NCBI GenBank assembly: GCA_023213395.1
Contig: CM041465.1
Coordinates: 21,886,001-21,950,000 of the forward strand
Direction: 5' to 3'
Source of the DNA: Cycas panzhihuaensis
Taxonomy: Eukaryota > Plantae > Cycadophyta
Length of the DNA stretch: 64,000 nucleotides
The notes under the pieces are model-generated. The model was not told the origin of the DNA. It worked only from the letters and a program-made list of their open reading frames with translations, and did no database searches. Shown one piece after another: positions 35,869 to 52,695 of this stretch (its first letter is position 1; each line of letters starts with the position of its first letter). The position numbers were made by a program, and so were the translations under genes.

Positions 35869-38800
35869 TTAGTCAGAGATGGAGTCCCTAAGGCTAGGTT
35901 CCTTTTGGAACTGTTCAAACTTCACCCTCTTTAGTGGTTTAGTGAAGATATCAGCCACTTGATCTATTGTGGGGCAGTACTCCAGTTGAATTATTCCATC
36001 ATGAACTAGTTCTCTAATCATGTGGACTTTTATACTTATATGTTTGGTACGATCATGTAATATAGGATTTTTAGCCATCTGGATTGTAGATTAATTATCT
36101 AAACGTAAGCTAGTAGAACTTACTTAGGTGGCATTTAATGTATTCAAAAAATTTCTAATCCATATTCCCTCCTTACTTATCTCAGAAGTAGTAATATACT
36201 CAGCTTCGACAGTTGAGTCTGCAACTATCTTGTGTCATCTGGATCTCCATAACATTGGTGCTGTTCCAAGAAATGTTACACACCCAAACATAGATCTTCC
36301 TGTGTCTTTATCTCTAGTAAATTCTAAGTTTGTGTATGCATAAAGTTTAAATTTTACATTGGATTCATACAACAGACCATATTTGCTAGTCGTCTTTAGG
36401 TACCTCAACACTCGTATTACAGCTTGCTAATGATTCTACTTAGGATTTATCATGAATCTTGCAAGAATACCAATAGAGTGTGTAATATTTGGCCTTGTGT
36501 TGGTAGTATATATGAGACTACCTACAAGTTGCCTATAGAGTGTTGCATCTGCCTCCCTAATGTCACCATCAGTTGAGAGTTTAATATTAGGCTCCATAGG
36601 TGTATCCACTAGTCAAGCACCTTCCAACTAGAACTTTGTTAGAATATCATTGATATATTTTTCTTGGGAGAAAAATATTTTTCCATTCTTTTGAGTTACT
36701 TAAATTCCTAAGTAATATTTCATCAACCCGAGGTTAAACAATTTAAAAGTTTTAGCAAGGTCCTTCTTCAACTAGCTGATGACCTGTTCACTATTCCTGA
36801 TTATTAGCATGTTATCCACAAAGATTAGGAGGTAAGTGACTTTATCATTTTGGCACTTGATGAATAATGTTGCATTAATATCTTGATAGTCACAAACCTC
36901 ATATCCAAGTTGTCTTATTCTTTCAGACAACTTGGTAAACCAAGCATGAGGGGCTTGCTTTAGGCCATACAAGGACTTTTTGAGCCTACAAACCTTATGC
37001 TCTTGTCTGATAATCTCATATCCTTTTGGCTGAGCTATGTAAATTTCTTCTTTAAGGTCCCCATTGAGGAATGTGGACTTAACATCGAGTTGGTGGATTT
37101 TCCAACCCTGTTGAGCATCTAAGGCTATAAGAGTTCTGATTGTAGGCCACTTGGTTATAAGAGAAAAGATTTCAGTGTAGTTGATGCCTTCCCTTTGCAT
37201 GAATCCTTTTGCTACAACCTTGCCTTATGTTTTTCTAGGGTGTCATATGATCTATACTTATTTTTTAACACCCATTTATTTTGAACTACCTTTCTTGCAA
37301 GTGGTAGATCAACAAGCTCCCATGTACCGCTCTTAATAAGAGATTAGTACTCTTTGTTTATGGCATTTCTCCAAGCTGTATGCTTTACAACTTTTTAGTA
37401 TATTAGGGTCTCTTCATTAAGAGCAAGATGCAGTTTTTCCAGTTCAAGCTCAACAAAAAATGATTCATGCATCCTTTCTCTATAGGAACTTCTAGTGCTA
37501 GTTTTACCTACCTCATTTGGTCACATGTCCTTGTGTAGCTAGTAGGCTTCATGAAAATCTCGAGTTGGGAATGAGGTTTTCATTTCCATAGCCTCTTGGT
37601 CTTCGTTTTGATCTTGAAAAGGATCATGTGAAATATTTGACATGGAGGAAGTTGATGATGCTAGAGAATATGGGCCAGCCACAAATGTTGGAGAAGATGA
37701 TCATTCTTCTATGACTTTGCCTTCGTCAACTTGGATGCTCACAAATGATGGTGTTGGATGTGTACACATTGGCTGGGAGTCATAGCTTGTATCCTCTAAG
37801 GCTCTATTGTCAGATTTTAAGATTTTGAGCAACTATTCAGCATCTCCCATCCTAAATTTTGGAATTTGGACATCAAATTTAGTAGCATCATTAAATCGGT
37901 ATAAAGCTATCTTAGAGTCAAGTCTGGGTAATTGATCTTCAGTCTCTGCAGAGATAATATTTCTACTGATGATGATTTTGCACTGTGAAGGTATAAAAAC
38001 CTTGTATCCCTTTTTGTCCATAGGGTATCCAACAAAGATGCCTTTGATAGCTCTATCTTGGAGCTTATTTCTATGTTCCTCTAGAATATGAGCATACCAA
38101 GTAAAGCCAAAAATTCTGAAGTGTAAGATAAAGGGGGTTTGTTCATACTATATTTCATGTGGAGAGGGGCCGAGCTTGGAGGGACTAACAGTGTTGATGC
38201 AATACAAAGTAGTCTAGATAGACTCATCCCAAAGATAAATAGGGACATTCTTATATACCAGCATAGCATGAGCCATATTCATGATGGTCCTATTCATGCA
38301 CTCGACAACTCCATTTTGTTGGGGTGTACCTGCAATAGTAGTCTGATGTTTAATTCCATATTGATGTAGGTATGATTAAAACTCATTGGATGTGTACTCG
38401 TCACAATTGTTAGTCCTAAGTATTTTGATCTTGAATCTAGATTCATTTTCCACACAGGCCTTGAAAGCTTGAAACATAGAAAAAGTTTCATCTTCCTTTG
38501 CAAGAATAGTAACCCATACTTTCTTGGTAAAATCATCAATGAAAGTAATATAGTACCACTTCTTTTTTAGAGAAGGGATGGGCATAGGACCAGATATATT
38601 TGAGTATACAAGCTGTAAAGGTTGGCTAGATTTCCATTGACTATGACGAAAGGGTTGTCTTTGCGATTTGGTAATAATATATACTTCACATTTAAAGGGC
38701 TTGGAGGAGAGCCTAGGGAAACCAGGAAGAGTAGCTTGTATTTATCTTAAATGATTAATTTTGATATGGCCCATATGATCATGCCATAGGGTTGCTTGGG

Positions 38801-40410
38801 ACATCTTTTGAGGAGTCAGGGTTGTGGTAAAAGTAGAGTCATCATCAACATAGTTGGCTTCAGAGGATGGTGATCTAGTTAGGCGAAAACATTTGCCATT
38901 AAGAATTCTGGTCATAACCATAACATTTGAAGGAGGGTGAATGACATAGAGAGTTTGATTATTTGCAGTTACACTCAGATCAAATCCATGGGAGACAAGG
39001 GTGGATAGGGAGAGCAGATTCTACTTTAGAGTAAGAATATATAAAACATCAACAAGTTTAAAATCTAGAAGGCCTGGGAGTTTTAGGCAAACAGTTCCAA
39101 GTCCTTCAACTGGTTGAGATAATTTGTCAGCCATGTGTACAACACCACAAACTTCAGAGTCAAAATCATAAAAGAAATAGTGATGACAAGTCATGTGTTG
39201 TGTTGTTCTAGTATCCATGATCCACGATGAAGTATTTGAGGTGGCACTATTTACAACTCCAAGTGGTGAAGGTAAAAGTGAATAAGTATAACCACAATGA
39301 GCCTCAATATACTTAGTGGATCTATCAACTGCATTTGATGAAGTGGTCCCAATTCTTTGAAGGTATGCATGAGCAAATTATGTTCCACCAAAAGCATCTT
39401 CAAAAGAAATATTATCAACATTATATGTACCATGGCGCTGTTGATAACTTAGTAGTTTGTTGGTGGTAATTTTATAATTTTTGGCATAATGTCCTTTTCT
39501 ATTACACCTTTAGCAAACAATTATTTGATTTCTAGTCCAAGTATTGGGCTAGTTGAATTGTCTCTAATTATTAGATCTAGGTCCAGGTTGATTATTTTAG
39601 CCTTGGAGTTGAGGAACCTATTGACTAAGAGGATGTTATCCTTGTTGTCTACCTCTTCCTCTTCCATGGGAATTACCACCTCTATGAAAGTATTGACCTT
39701 GATTTTTGGTATAACAAAAATCTTCTTCCACTTCAAAAGCAACATCAACTGGATCTGATATAGTGGCAAAGTTGGTATCAAAGATCTTATCAAATTCAAT
39801 GAACTTATCAGCAAGATCCTTAAAGTTTAGGGTCTTCAAAGTTCTACTAGATTAAAGACTTCCTAATAGATTTTTGTAATCTGGGATATGGAGATATGAC
39901 TGAATCAAGAAAGCCCATGCAATGCATTAAGTTTTAAAATCTTTATCAATGGCTTGCTTGATTGGACGAAGGAGATTGATTATCTCACTTGCGTGTCCTT
40001 TTTGCATTTTTTATTTGTTCATCTTCAGCACTAAGTGAACAAATTGTAAGTCTGATTTAGTGTTAAGTTCTTCTTAAGAACTTCAAGAACTTTCCATACT
40101 GTATCATGTAGAGCTTCATCAATGAGATTATGCAGGGAATAATCAGTGACAAGCACTATCCTCATACAGATTTTATCATCATCAAGTTTCCATTGGAATT
40201 TAGCTATAGCTTCAGTGGGAGTAGTTGGAGCACCTCCTCCAAAAGTAGTTGAGGTAGTTGTAACTACAATAGATGTTATAGGTTGCAAGTGATCTCTCCA
40301 TAAACCTTTATACCTTGCAACATTTCTGACACCAATGAACCACATGTCCCAGTTTTCTTTCCCTTTTAGAATGCAGTTCATATATTGCTTGAATTGTGAA
40401 GATATGATGT
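35869..40410 (-). pseudogene. Copia-2 gag-pol, decayed
   Basis: Gag LKGKENWDMW; protease WIMDTRTTQHMT (~39220); integrase WHDHMGH, YITFIDDFTKK, ILRTNN; RT IHQLDVKSTFLNGDLKEEIY and LKKSLYGLKQA; RH KNPILHDRTKHI and QVADIFTK. Confidence 0.93.
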
Positions 40411-42420
40411 CTTTTTAGAAGGGAAGAAATTAACAAGGGACTATAAAAGTGATGGCAATAAATGACCAATCACTATTTATAAATAGGAAATGTAATGAAG
40501 TAGTGTAGAAGAAGGAAGAAGAAGTGAGAATGGTTGCTCAAAGATGAAGGAAACAACTTAGAGAAAGGTCACCAACACTTGTGACAAATATTAACCTAAC
40601 GTAGTAGGAATATGATAAGCACTATGATAAAAAATGGCCACTAAAACTTGTGGAAAATATTAACATGATACAATAGAAATATGAGAAGCACTATAATTGT
40701 GATTACACTATGGATCACTTTTATAAATAAGTAAGTGATTAATATACAAGATTGTAGGCTAATGTAGAAGTTGACATCATTGGGTTTACACAACTTGAAA
40801 CTCAAATATAGGATGCATAATCAACCCAATAACCTCTAACTTATGTCCAACATGTAGTTGAGGTTGTTGAAGGGATGCCTAGGCTTCTAGTAGAATTAAG
40901 TTGGCCTTCACCCGTGATACCTGCAATTGTTCTTGGTGATGAAATCCAAGTCACAATGGAGCCCATGTACTCCTAATCCTCACCCAGTTCACCAATGAGA
41001 AGCTATATACCTCCTCTAAAGAGTGGTACATGCATACCCATGGCTATGACAGATATTGGATTGGGTATATTTTAATCTTGTATTAAAGTTTCAGTTTTCC
41101 TAGTTGGTTATCAGGATGATCCCTTATTGAGGCACGATGGTATGGCTAACCAAACCTCACGAATATTTTGGTTTAGTCCAATCCCAACTTGAAATCCACA
41201 CCTCCTATATGACATGGCATTCTGCTAACCAAGGTATCTCAACCTTGGCAAGTGTGTGAATAGGTACTAGATGGCAAAAAATAGCATACGTGATGCATTC
41301 TTTTTAGGAAGAGTAAAAAGATTATTGAATTACATCAAACATACATTTAACTAAAAATAGAATGCTTGCTTGGAGTGCTTGCTTGAAGTGTCTTTAGAGC
41401 ACTTGCTTTGAGTGATTTTAGAGTGATAAAATATAATTCTAATAAGTGGGTGAGGACAATGGATATTGCTCTGATCCAGGTTTTTTTTTCTCACTTTTAC
41501 AATGGGCTTTTAAGCCTTATAAAAAGAAGGAAGAAATTTTCTTCACTTTTTTTTGTTAATACAAAAGAAAGTAGTCTTCACTAAATTAGTAATAACTTTC
41601 TCCCACGATGTTAAAATGGAGTGCCGATTTTTGTGATGAAAACTAGACTCATAGATTCATCTTTAGGAAGTAGAATAAGGTCCAAATGAGTTATGGAAAG
41701 TTTTTGGCAGCCTCTCAAAGTTAAGAAATTAGTTTTTTTTAGAATTCTTAATAAAAATAACTACTGTTCACTAAAATAGTAATACCTTCCTCATACGACA
41801 TCCAAATTGGGTGCCAGTTTTTGTGATGGAAAGTAGACTTTGAGGCTCATCTTTAAAAATTAGAATCACATCAATTGGAGCTTTGTAGAATATTTTGTAA
41901 ACCTATAAATTTTAGTAATCAAATTATATTTCTACAGAAATTTTAGCTTGCTAATATCTCATTAACACATGATATTGTATGAAATTTCCATCATTTTTTT
42001 ATTACCAAGATCCCAATATGGGCAAGGTGAGAGCATACAATAATGGATATTTTAAATGCCTTGAAATTCTTTAAAAAATAATTGGTAAAACCTCCCCTTA
42101 CAATCATTCTTCTAAATGCTAGAAAAATTTTGGCAGTATTTTCCCTTGTTAAATAGACAAAAAGAGGGGAAAGAAAAAAAAGAATGATATAGCATGAATG
42201 GCCACCAAAGGATTGAAATACTTGGGCCTTACAACTCCTTGTATTATGATTCTAAACCTACAAAAGAGAAATAGAAAGAAAATAATACAAAATATGCTAT
42301 CATAATAACTTGAAAATATTTCTAAATCCACTTTCACAATCTCATTCACCACATGGATTGTGGGGGAGAAGGAAGTGATGGCTCCATTACAAGTGTAAGT
42401 GAGGAATATGAAGGAAGCAA

Positions 42421-42432
42421 GCTATGATACCA
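42421..42432 (-). promoter_or_regulatory. Copia-2 PBS (tRNA-iMet)
   Basis: Minus strand TGGTATCATAGC 2 nt after the 5' LTR. Confidence 0.9.
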
Positions 42433-42434
42433 CA

Positions 42435-42731
42435 TGAAAAGAGTAGATCTATCCTTCATCTCTATGCATAAACACAAAGGTAAACATGGGAGCCAAAGAG
42501 ACTTGAGAGAAAGAAAGTAGCTCTCACAAAATGGGGAGCTAAGAATGAATCTCCTCCATTGAAATTTTACTTTTATATTGAGAGAGGGAGCATTAGAGTT
42601 AGATGAAATGAAATTACACATAATGCACATGAAAGTGTATTTCACTTAAGTGATCTAATTTAAAGTTCACTTAAGACTCGTTTTAGAAATAATCAACTAA
42701 TGTAATGACCTTATGACATTAACCCTTTTCA
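42435..42731 (-). repeat. Copia-2 5' LTR
   Basis: TG...CA, 297 bp, repeat of 35139-35436. Confidence 0.93.
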
Positions 42732-45700
42732 TGTTTCTCATCTAGGGCTTCGAGGTCAAGGAGACAAGCCTAGCACCATGATTCCTCGTTAATAAGACCT
42801 TGGAGAGAAACTCACAAGGAAGGGATTTTGACTTCCAAAGGAAGAACCACTTAGGCCCAAACATGAAGGAGAATAGAGTCATCCCTATAGCTATGTGAAT
42901 GGACATGTGATAAGGCCATAAAGCAGAAGGGAGTTGGAGGTGTCAATCCCTTTAGGATTGAGTGACCATTTTCTTTAAGATGTTAATGAGGCTTTTGTTG
43001 AAGGATTTTATCTTGCCATTAGACTAGGGGTAATAAGGAGATAGGGTCTTATAGGATATCATGAACTTCCCACAAAGCTCATCCACCTCCTTATTGCAAA
43101 AAGGAGTGCCATTATTGATGATCAGGATATCTAGGACTTTGAATCGACATATAATATTCTAATAAATAAAAGTGGTGATAGTCTTGCTAGTTATGGATGA
43201 TAGTAGAATTGCTTTGGCCCATTTAGTAAAATATTCTATCATGGTTAAAATAAAATTATGTTATAATGAGGAAGGTAGAGTTATGGATTTAATAAGGTCC
43301 AATCCCTATTGGGACAAAGGCCATGGTGAAATGATGAGATGTAGGGACTTAGAAGGCAAGTGCATGATGTTGGCATGCTCTTGGCATCTCTGACAGTGCA
43401 ACGTATAGGCATGGGTGTCCTTAAAGAGGGACAACTAGTAATATCCCATACATAGGATCCTTTAGGCCATGGACTAGCCCCTAAAATAGCCTCTATAAAT
43501 GCCAATGTGGCATTCATAGAGGATTTATTTCTCTTCGTTAGGGTTGATGTAATAAAATAGGACCCCATTAAAAGATCTCTTATAGAATACATCTTACAAA
43601 AGGAAATATTGCCTAGTAGTAGTCCTAACTTGTGATCTCACCTTGTCGCTAGCATTAGGATAGTACCGCTGCTAGGTAAGATATTGTACAATGTCCCCAT
43701 ACCATTTTCTACTAGCCAATGGATGGGGTGATGAGTATTGGATGGTTAAGATAGGCTCGTCAGGCAAGGAATCGTCAACTAGAAGGTTCAAAGGATTAAG
43801 AATGGGGGTATTGACTAGTTGCTCAGTGACCACCATTCCTTTCTTCAATTTCTTGTTAATGATTTTGAGGTCATACTCTTGAAGGAGGATAACCCATTTA
43901 CCTATCCTTCTAGTCAAGTCAGGCTAAGTTAAAAGATACCTCAAGGGATCAGATTACATAATCATATGAGTGGTATTTCAAAGAAGGTAGTGTCTGAACT
44001 TCTTAGTTACGTGGACTAAGTCTAGGCATTCCTTCTTGGTGAGGGAATAATTAAGCTCAACTACAAACAATATGTGACTGATGAAATATATGGCACACTC
44101 AATTCCTAAATCATCTTCTTAGGCAAGCATAGCTCCTAAGGACTCATCAGTGGCTGAGGTGTAAAGGATAAAAGGATGATCAAAGAGAGGGGGTGCCAGG
44201 ATCAGGGTAGAAGCTAAGGCTTTTTTGAGCTCTTAAAATACCTCTTAGGCCTTGGTAGACCAAACATATGGGGTCCCCTTCTTCAATAAATTAGTCAGGA
44301 GTTTGGTGTTTATGGCAAAGTCTACTAAGAAATACCTGAGGAAACCCAACCTACCTAAAAATGACTTGATCTAGCATTTTATTTTGGGTGAGGGCATGTC
44401 TAGGATAGCCTCAACCTTATTGGGGTCAATTTGGATCCCTTGTTTAGAAATAAGAAAGCTTAGGAACTTTCCTGCAGTTATGGAAAACACACATTTAAGC
44501 AGGTTTAGACTGATATGATATTTGTAACATCACATGAAGATGTCACATAAATCCTTGGGGTGGCAGGCTCTCTTGTGAGAGAGACCCATCATGTTGTCCA
44601 TGAAGACCTTAAGGGTTTTGTTTATGAGGTCATAGAAGATAAATTACATCACCCTTTGGTAGGTGTCACTTGCATTCTTTATCCCAAAGGGCATGGCCTT
44701 GTAGGTGAACATGCCCCATGGAGTAGTGAATTTGTGATGGTCTTTAGGAGATATCTATATCTAGAGAAGCCATCCATCAAAGAAATGACTTAAAAACTAG
44801 CAGTGTGATCAATGATTTGATTGATAAAGGGTTAGGGAAAGTTGTCTTTAGGGCATGCATTGTTTATGTCTCAGAAGTGAATACAAATTTGAATCATCCC
44901 ATTCTTTTTAGAAATGGGAATGATGTCGGAAACCCATTTGGGGTAGTCGATGAAAGTGATTAGACCTGCTTCTAAGAGCTTTTTAAATTCCATCTTAACC
45001 GTATCGGATAATTTTGGATGAAGAGGGCGTTGCTTTTGTCACATGGGGTGAGTGCCCAGAATGGTTGTGAGGTTGTGGGTGATGATGGAGGGATTAATTC
45101 CCTTCATGTCTGAGTAATCCCATGCAAAGACATCATGGAATTCTTAGAAAAGTGGGTTGTATTCCTCTATTTCCTTAGGTGAACATTCCACTCTGACCTT
45201 CATGACTTTACTAGGGGTAAGGATGATGTCCTTAGTTGCCCCCATGTATATGTCATTCCCTTCTTCAAAATGAAGGGGGTCTTGGTCAATAGGAGGAGAT
45301 GAGGAAAAGATAGGTTGGTCTAGGTCAGTTAGGGGTGACCTAAGGGCAAGGATCTTTCAATAACCAAGTCTATGATTACTTGGGGGGAGATTGGGCATGG
45401 AGCCCATTAGGTACTCTAGTAAGGCTAAATTATTCTTAAAGTAATCTATCCCATGGATAGTTTTGCTTGGAAGTGATGAGGAATGAGAATCTAAAGGAGC
45501 GATGAGCCCGTAACGATTAACCCACCACTTGACATAATCAGGAGACTCTTTAAAAGAGTTAGAGGATGTCCTCTTATGTCATGGAATAGGAGGCTCTCTA
45601 TCTATATAATTCAAGTAAGATGATAAGGTTTGAGGGGTGGATGATGAATGATCTCAAGAGTCCATGCATAAGATAGGAGTGACCATGCATGGCATAATAG

Positions 45701-48700
45701 GAGTACTAGGCTTCTCTATGGAGGTTCTAGGTCAGGACTCAAAACTAGATAGATGATGAAGCAAGTGATCCCTACAAGTGTTTAGGAGGGATATGGGGTG
45801 AAGAGGCTCCTCGTCCTCATTGTCAGACTCATAGTCACTCAGGATGGTGAGGTACCCATAACTCCCTACACTAATAAAGGAAAAGCGGATGAGGTTGGAG
45901 GAGGAATGAGAGGCCCCTTCCTCAGGTCTAGAGGTGCTAGGGATATCAATCATATAGGTGGAAGCACAGGTAGATGGGCCTTTATTGCCCTTCACTAGGT
46001 AGTGAACCATCTAATGAGAATGATGCAATGGTTTAGTAGGAGGAGGTTCCTACGAAACAACTTTCATTCATCCTTCATGGACGAATTTTAGTTGCCTCTA
46101 ATGGAATGATCACATGGCTCCCATCTAGTCAAGCCATATGCGTCCCAACAAGAGATTGTAGTCCACATCCACATTGAGGACTACTATATCTATGAGGATA
46201 GTTTTATCCTCAAGAGTGAGGGAAATGGAGACCGATCCTAAAAGCATCTTTTTACTACCATCGTAGCCTTGGCAACACCATGGAATCAACTCAAGAGTCA
46301 CTATGCTTAACTCTTGCATGATGTGTAATGGTATAACATTAATAGAAGAAATGTTATCTACAATAGTCCCTCTAAGAGTGCACTTGGGGGTATGGAAATG
46401 GTGAAAGGATAATGCCACTAATATCCCCTTTCACTCATAGGGGGGAGGTCTTTAAGGTCAAAGATAATGATGGGCTCCTAACTTAGGGCAATACTTAAAC
46501 CATAGATGGGTACATCTGCTAGACCTAAAGACTCAAAGAGGAGAGCATGTTGCTTAAGATAACTCTACAAGACATCTATTATGGACATCCTGGCAGCCAT
46601 GGTATGGAGCTTATCTATGATCGAGAAGAACTTTACTTTCCCAATAGGTTGGGGAAGTGCCCTTCTAAAATTATAGCAACCAAGGTGAACAAGAATAGTC
46701 TTAGGGAGTGGAGGAATTTTGGGAGGTGTGTTATTTATAGAAAAATCTAGTTAAGAGGAGAAGGAGGCCCCTGTGGTCTCTTCAGATACTTGAGACATGG
46801 TGAGAGCATATAAAGGAGTGGTCTAAAGTATTTAAATAACTCTCTTTCCTTCAGTATGGGATCTAGAGGGTGAAGAGGTTTGATAGTAGGAACCAAGAGG
46901 AGAGGAAGAACTTCTTACCCCTTTTTCTTGCATGGAAGAAGGGTTAGGAGATCATCCCCTATTCTGGTTCCCCCTATTCTAGGTGTTCTAGTTATGTTGC
47001 CCATGTTTATAGAAGGGATTCATATGGATGGGTTGGTCTAAGTTAGGCTTAGGCACCTATCTAAGAGAGGAGTCATGCAGTGGGGTGAGCTTGGGGTACT
47101 ACACCCAACACTACGAGTCCTTATGGAAGTACTTACCATAGATGGAACACCACTTCTTATCCAAGGAAGGTTTAGTCTTCTTGGTTTGCGAGGTGTGAGT
47201 GTTTATGTTCCTAGGAGGTGCAACTTGAGAGGCCTGATGGATAGGTCTAAGGGAGTCTAAAGGTAAAGAAGGAGTTTGAAGCTTAAGCTCCTTCATTGTA
47301 GATTTGAAAGGATATATAGCAAAAGTCAAAGGGTCAAGGGTCCTCTCTATTGAATGGGTAGAAGACTTTTGGGGTTGTTGGGATCTTAAGTCACATGACA
47401 GAGGGGGTGTCTCTCATTGTTGTGATGGTTTAAGAGGTTTCTTAAGACCTATTTAGATCTAAATGGCCTCGAGTGCCAAGCATTTAGCTATGGTAGAGTC
47501 ACATGTTATTGCCCCTATTTTGAGGACTTTAACATGGACATTAAGGCTAAGGGCATTCATGAAGATATCCCTTTTCAACACCTCAGGCAATGCAACCTTC
47601 GTAGAGTGAAGAAGGTCCTGAAAGTGTATCACAAAGTCTCAATTCATTTTCTCATGACCTTGTTTAAGCAAGAGGAGAGATTCCATTCCGCTCTTGAAAG
47701 GATGAACTACATCAAAGTAGTTGATGAATTCATCCACAAACTATTAGAATGAATGGATAGAGTGGGCAGGGAGGTGGTAAAACCATTTGAGGGCATCTCC
47801 CTACAAGGAATATGGAAAGCGCTTCATCAAAATATGGTCAGAGGCCCAATAATTGATGCATGCCATAGAGAAGCTCCTAACATACTCGATTGGGTCTTAT
47901 GATGAGGTCCCATCGAATTTGGGAACCTCAGGGAAATGAGGTGGCAAGTTCATCCTTAGCATCTTGAGAGATAAAGGGGTCAACCTATAGTCAACAAAAG
48001 GGTGAACCCTTGGTTGAGTTGATGGATCGATAAAAGAAGATAGAGGAGGCAGGTATAGATACCCAATCCTCCCTTAAGAGGTTTGGCTATAAGAGGGATA
48101 TGGATTCCCCCCGCTTAGTGGGAAGGAACCACTCCCATCTAAGAGGGAGCTAAAAATGATGTGAATGGGAAAGAGGGACCCACTCCCCCTTGATAATATG
48201 CCTCTTATTGAGAGGGGACTTGAGGAAAAGATCCTTGAGGAGGGGAAAACCCTCCTTGCAAAGGCATCGTGTGTGAGGTTACACATAAGGATAAAAGAGA
48301 TATGTATGGAATGGGATTCTACCCATATGAGCCACCCGTGGGAGGTACAACACCATATGGGTGGAGGGAGTCCACCCTATAAACAGGAAGGGGATTTCCC
48401 TTTCCATGCCCCCATGGTTGGGATGTATATCCTAGGGGTAAGTAGAGATAAGGGTCATTGGATTAAGGTTTAGGGCACAAGGGGATAATTCCCACATGGC
48501 TTGAAAGATGGGGACATAAGGGTCCCCTAGGTCAAGTAAAAGAGGGATGAAGCATGGTCAGTTAGGGCATGGTCATATGGCTAAGAGGAGGTATGCTCAA
48601 TCTAATTTGGTAGATGAGTATATCTTGGATAGTCCTTAGGGTGTGAGGCACATATGAAGAAGAAGAGATAATAGGGGATAGCCTTGTCATAGACATCAAT

Positions 48701-49356
48701 CTAGATTAGAAGGAATAATGTGGCACAAATGAGGAGGAAGAAGGCACTATGCTATGCAAGATGATTTCTAACTACTTTAAGGGTGGTTGGACTCTTACAA
48801 CCTAGAAGAATTGGTGCAACACTTCAATGACATCCACGGGAGGGGTTCTTACTTATTCGTATGAGGTGGAAGGATACTCATGTGAAGTAGAACCCATAGG
48901 TTGACCCTCATAGGTACTCTCATCGAGGTGGTAGAACCCCATGGAAGATGACATGTCCATGTCATACGTGGGGAGATGATGGAAATTTGAGTATTCTTGG
49001 TCACCCATATAGAAAATAGGGTTGTTACCCTCTTGGGCAGGACCCTAAAATGAGGTTGAGGCTTGTGGTTGGGTCTTAGAAATGTAGCCATGATATGCCT
49101 ATTCTAAGGGATATCTTTTCATGGCCAATTTAGAATCAGACAAAGGAAGGGTGGAATAAAAAGATTCTTCCAAAGTGGGAGGGAGACCTCATAGACGATG
49201 AGAAAATTATCACATTCAAGGTCCACCCAAAACTTTATAAGAAGTAAGGATGCAAAGCAAGGAAAAAATGTTGGGGTTGCCCAATAAATCTAGAAGGAAT
49301 GATCTAAAGGAGAAGGAAAATGCTAACATAAGGGAAATTTAAATGTTCCCTTACTA

Positions 49357-52695
<3,339 letters not shown>

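Larger units (their letters stand above)
35139..42731 (-). mobile_element. Copia-2: full-length decayed Ty1/copia retrotransposon with short LTRs and a ~2 kb 5' leader; lineage not assigned
   Basis: ~297 bp LTR pair, TSD CGTTT (35134-35138) / TGTTT (42732-42736), iMet PBS, PPT, copia domain order. Confidence 0.94.
34863..49175 (-). pseudogene. Element D gag-pol, decayed; integrase split by Copia-2
   Basis: Gag (~47100-48000, KKWCSIYGKYFHKDS); protease IVDNISS (~46350); RT ~44300-45150 (FMDN); RH ~43800-44200; integrase 42732-43700 plus 34863-35138, rejoining as LDEKRLMAY. Confidence 0.9.
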
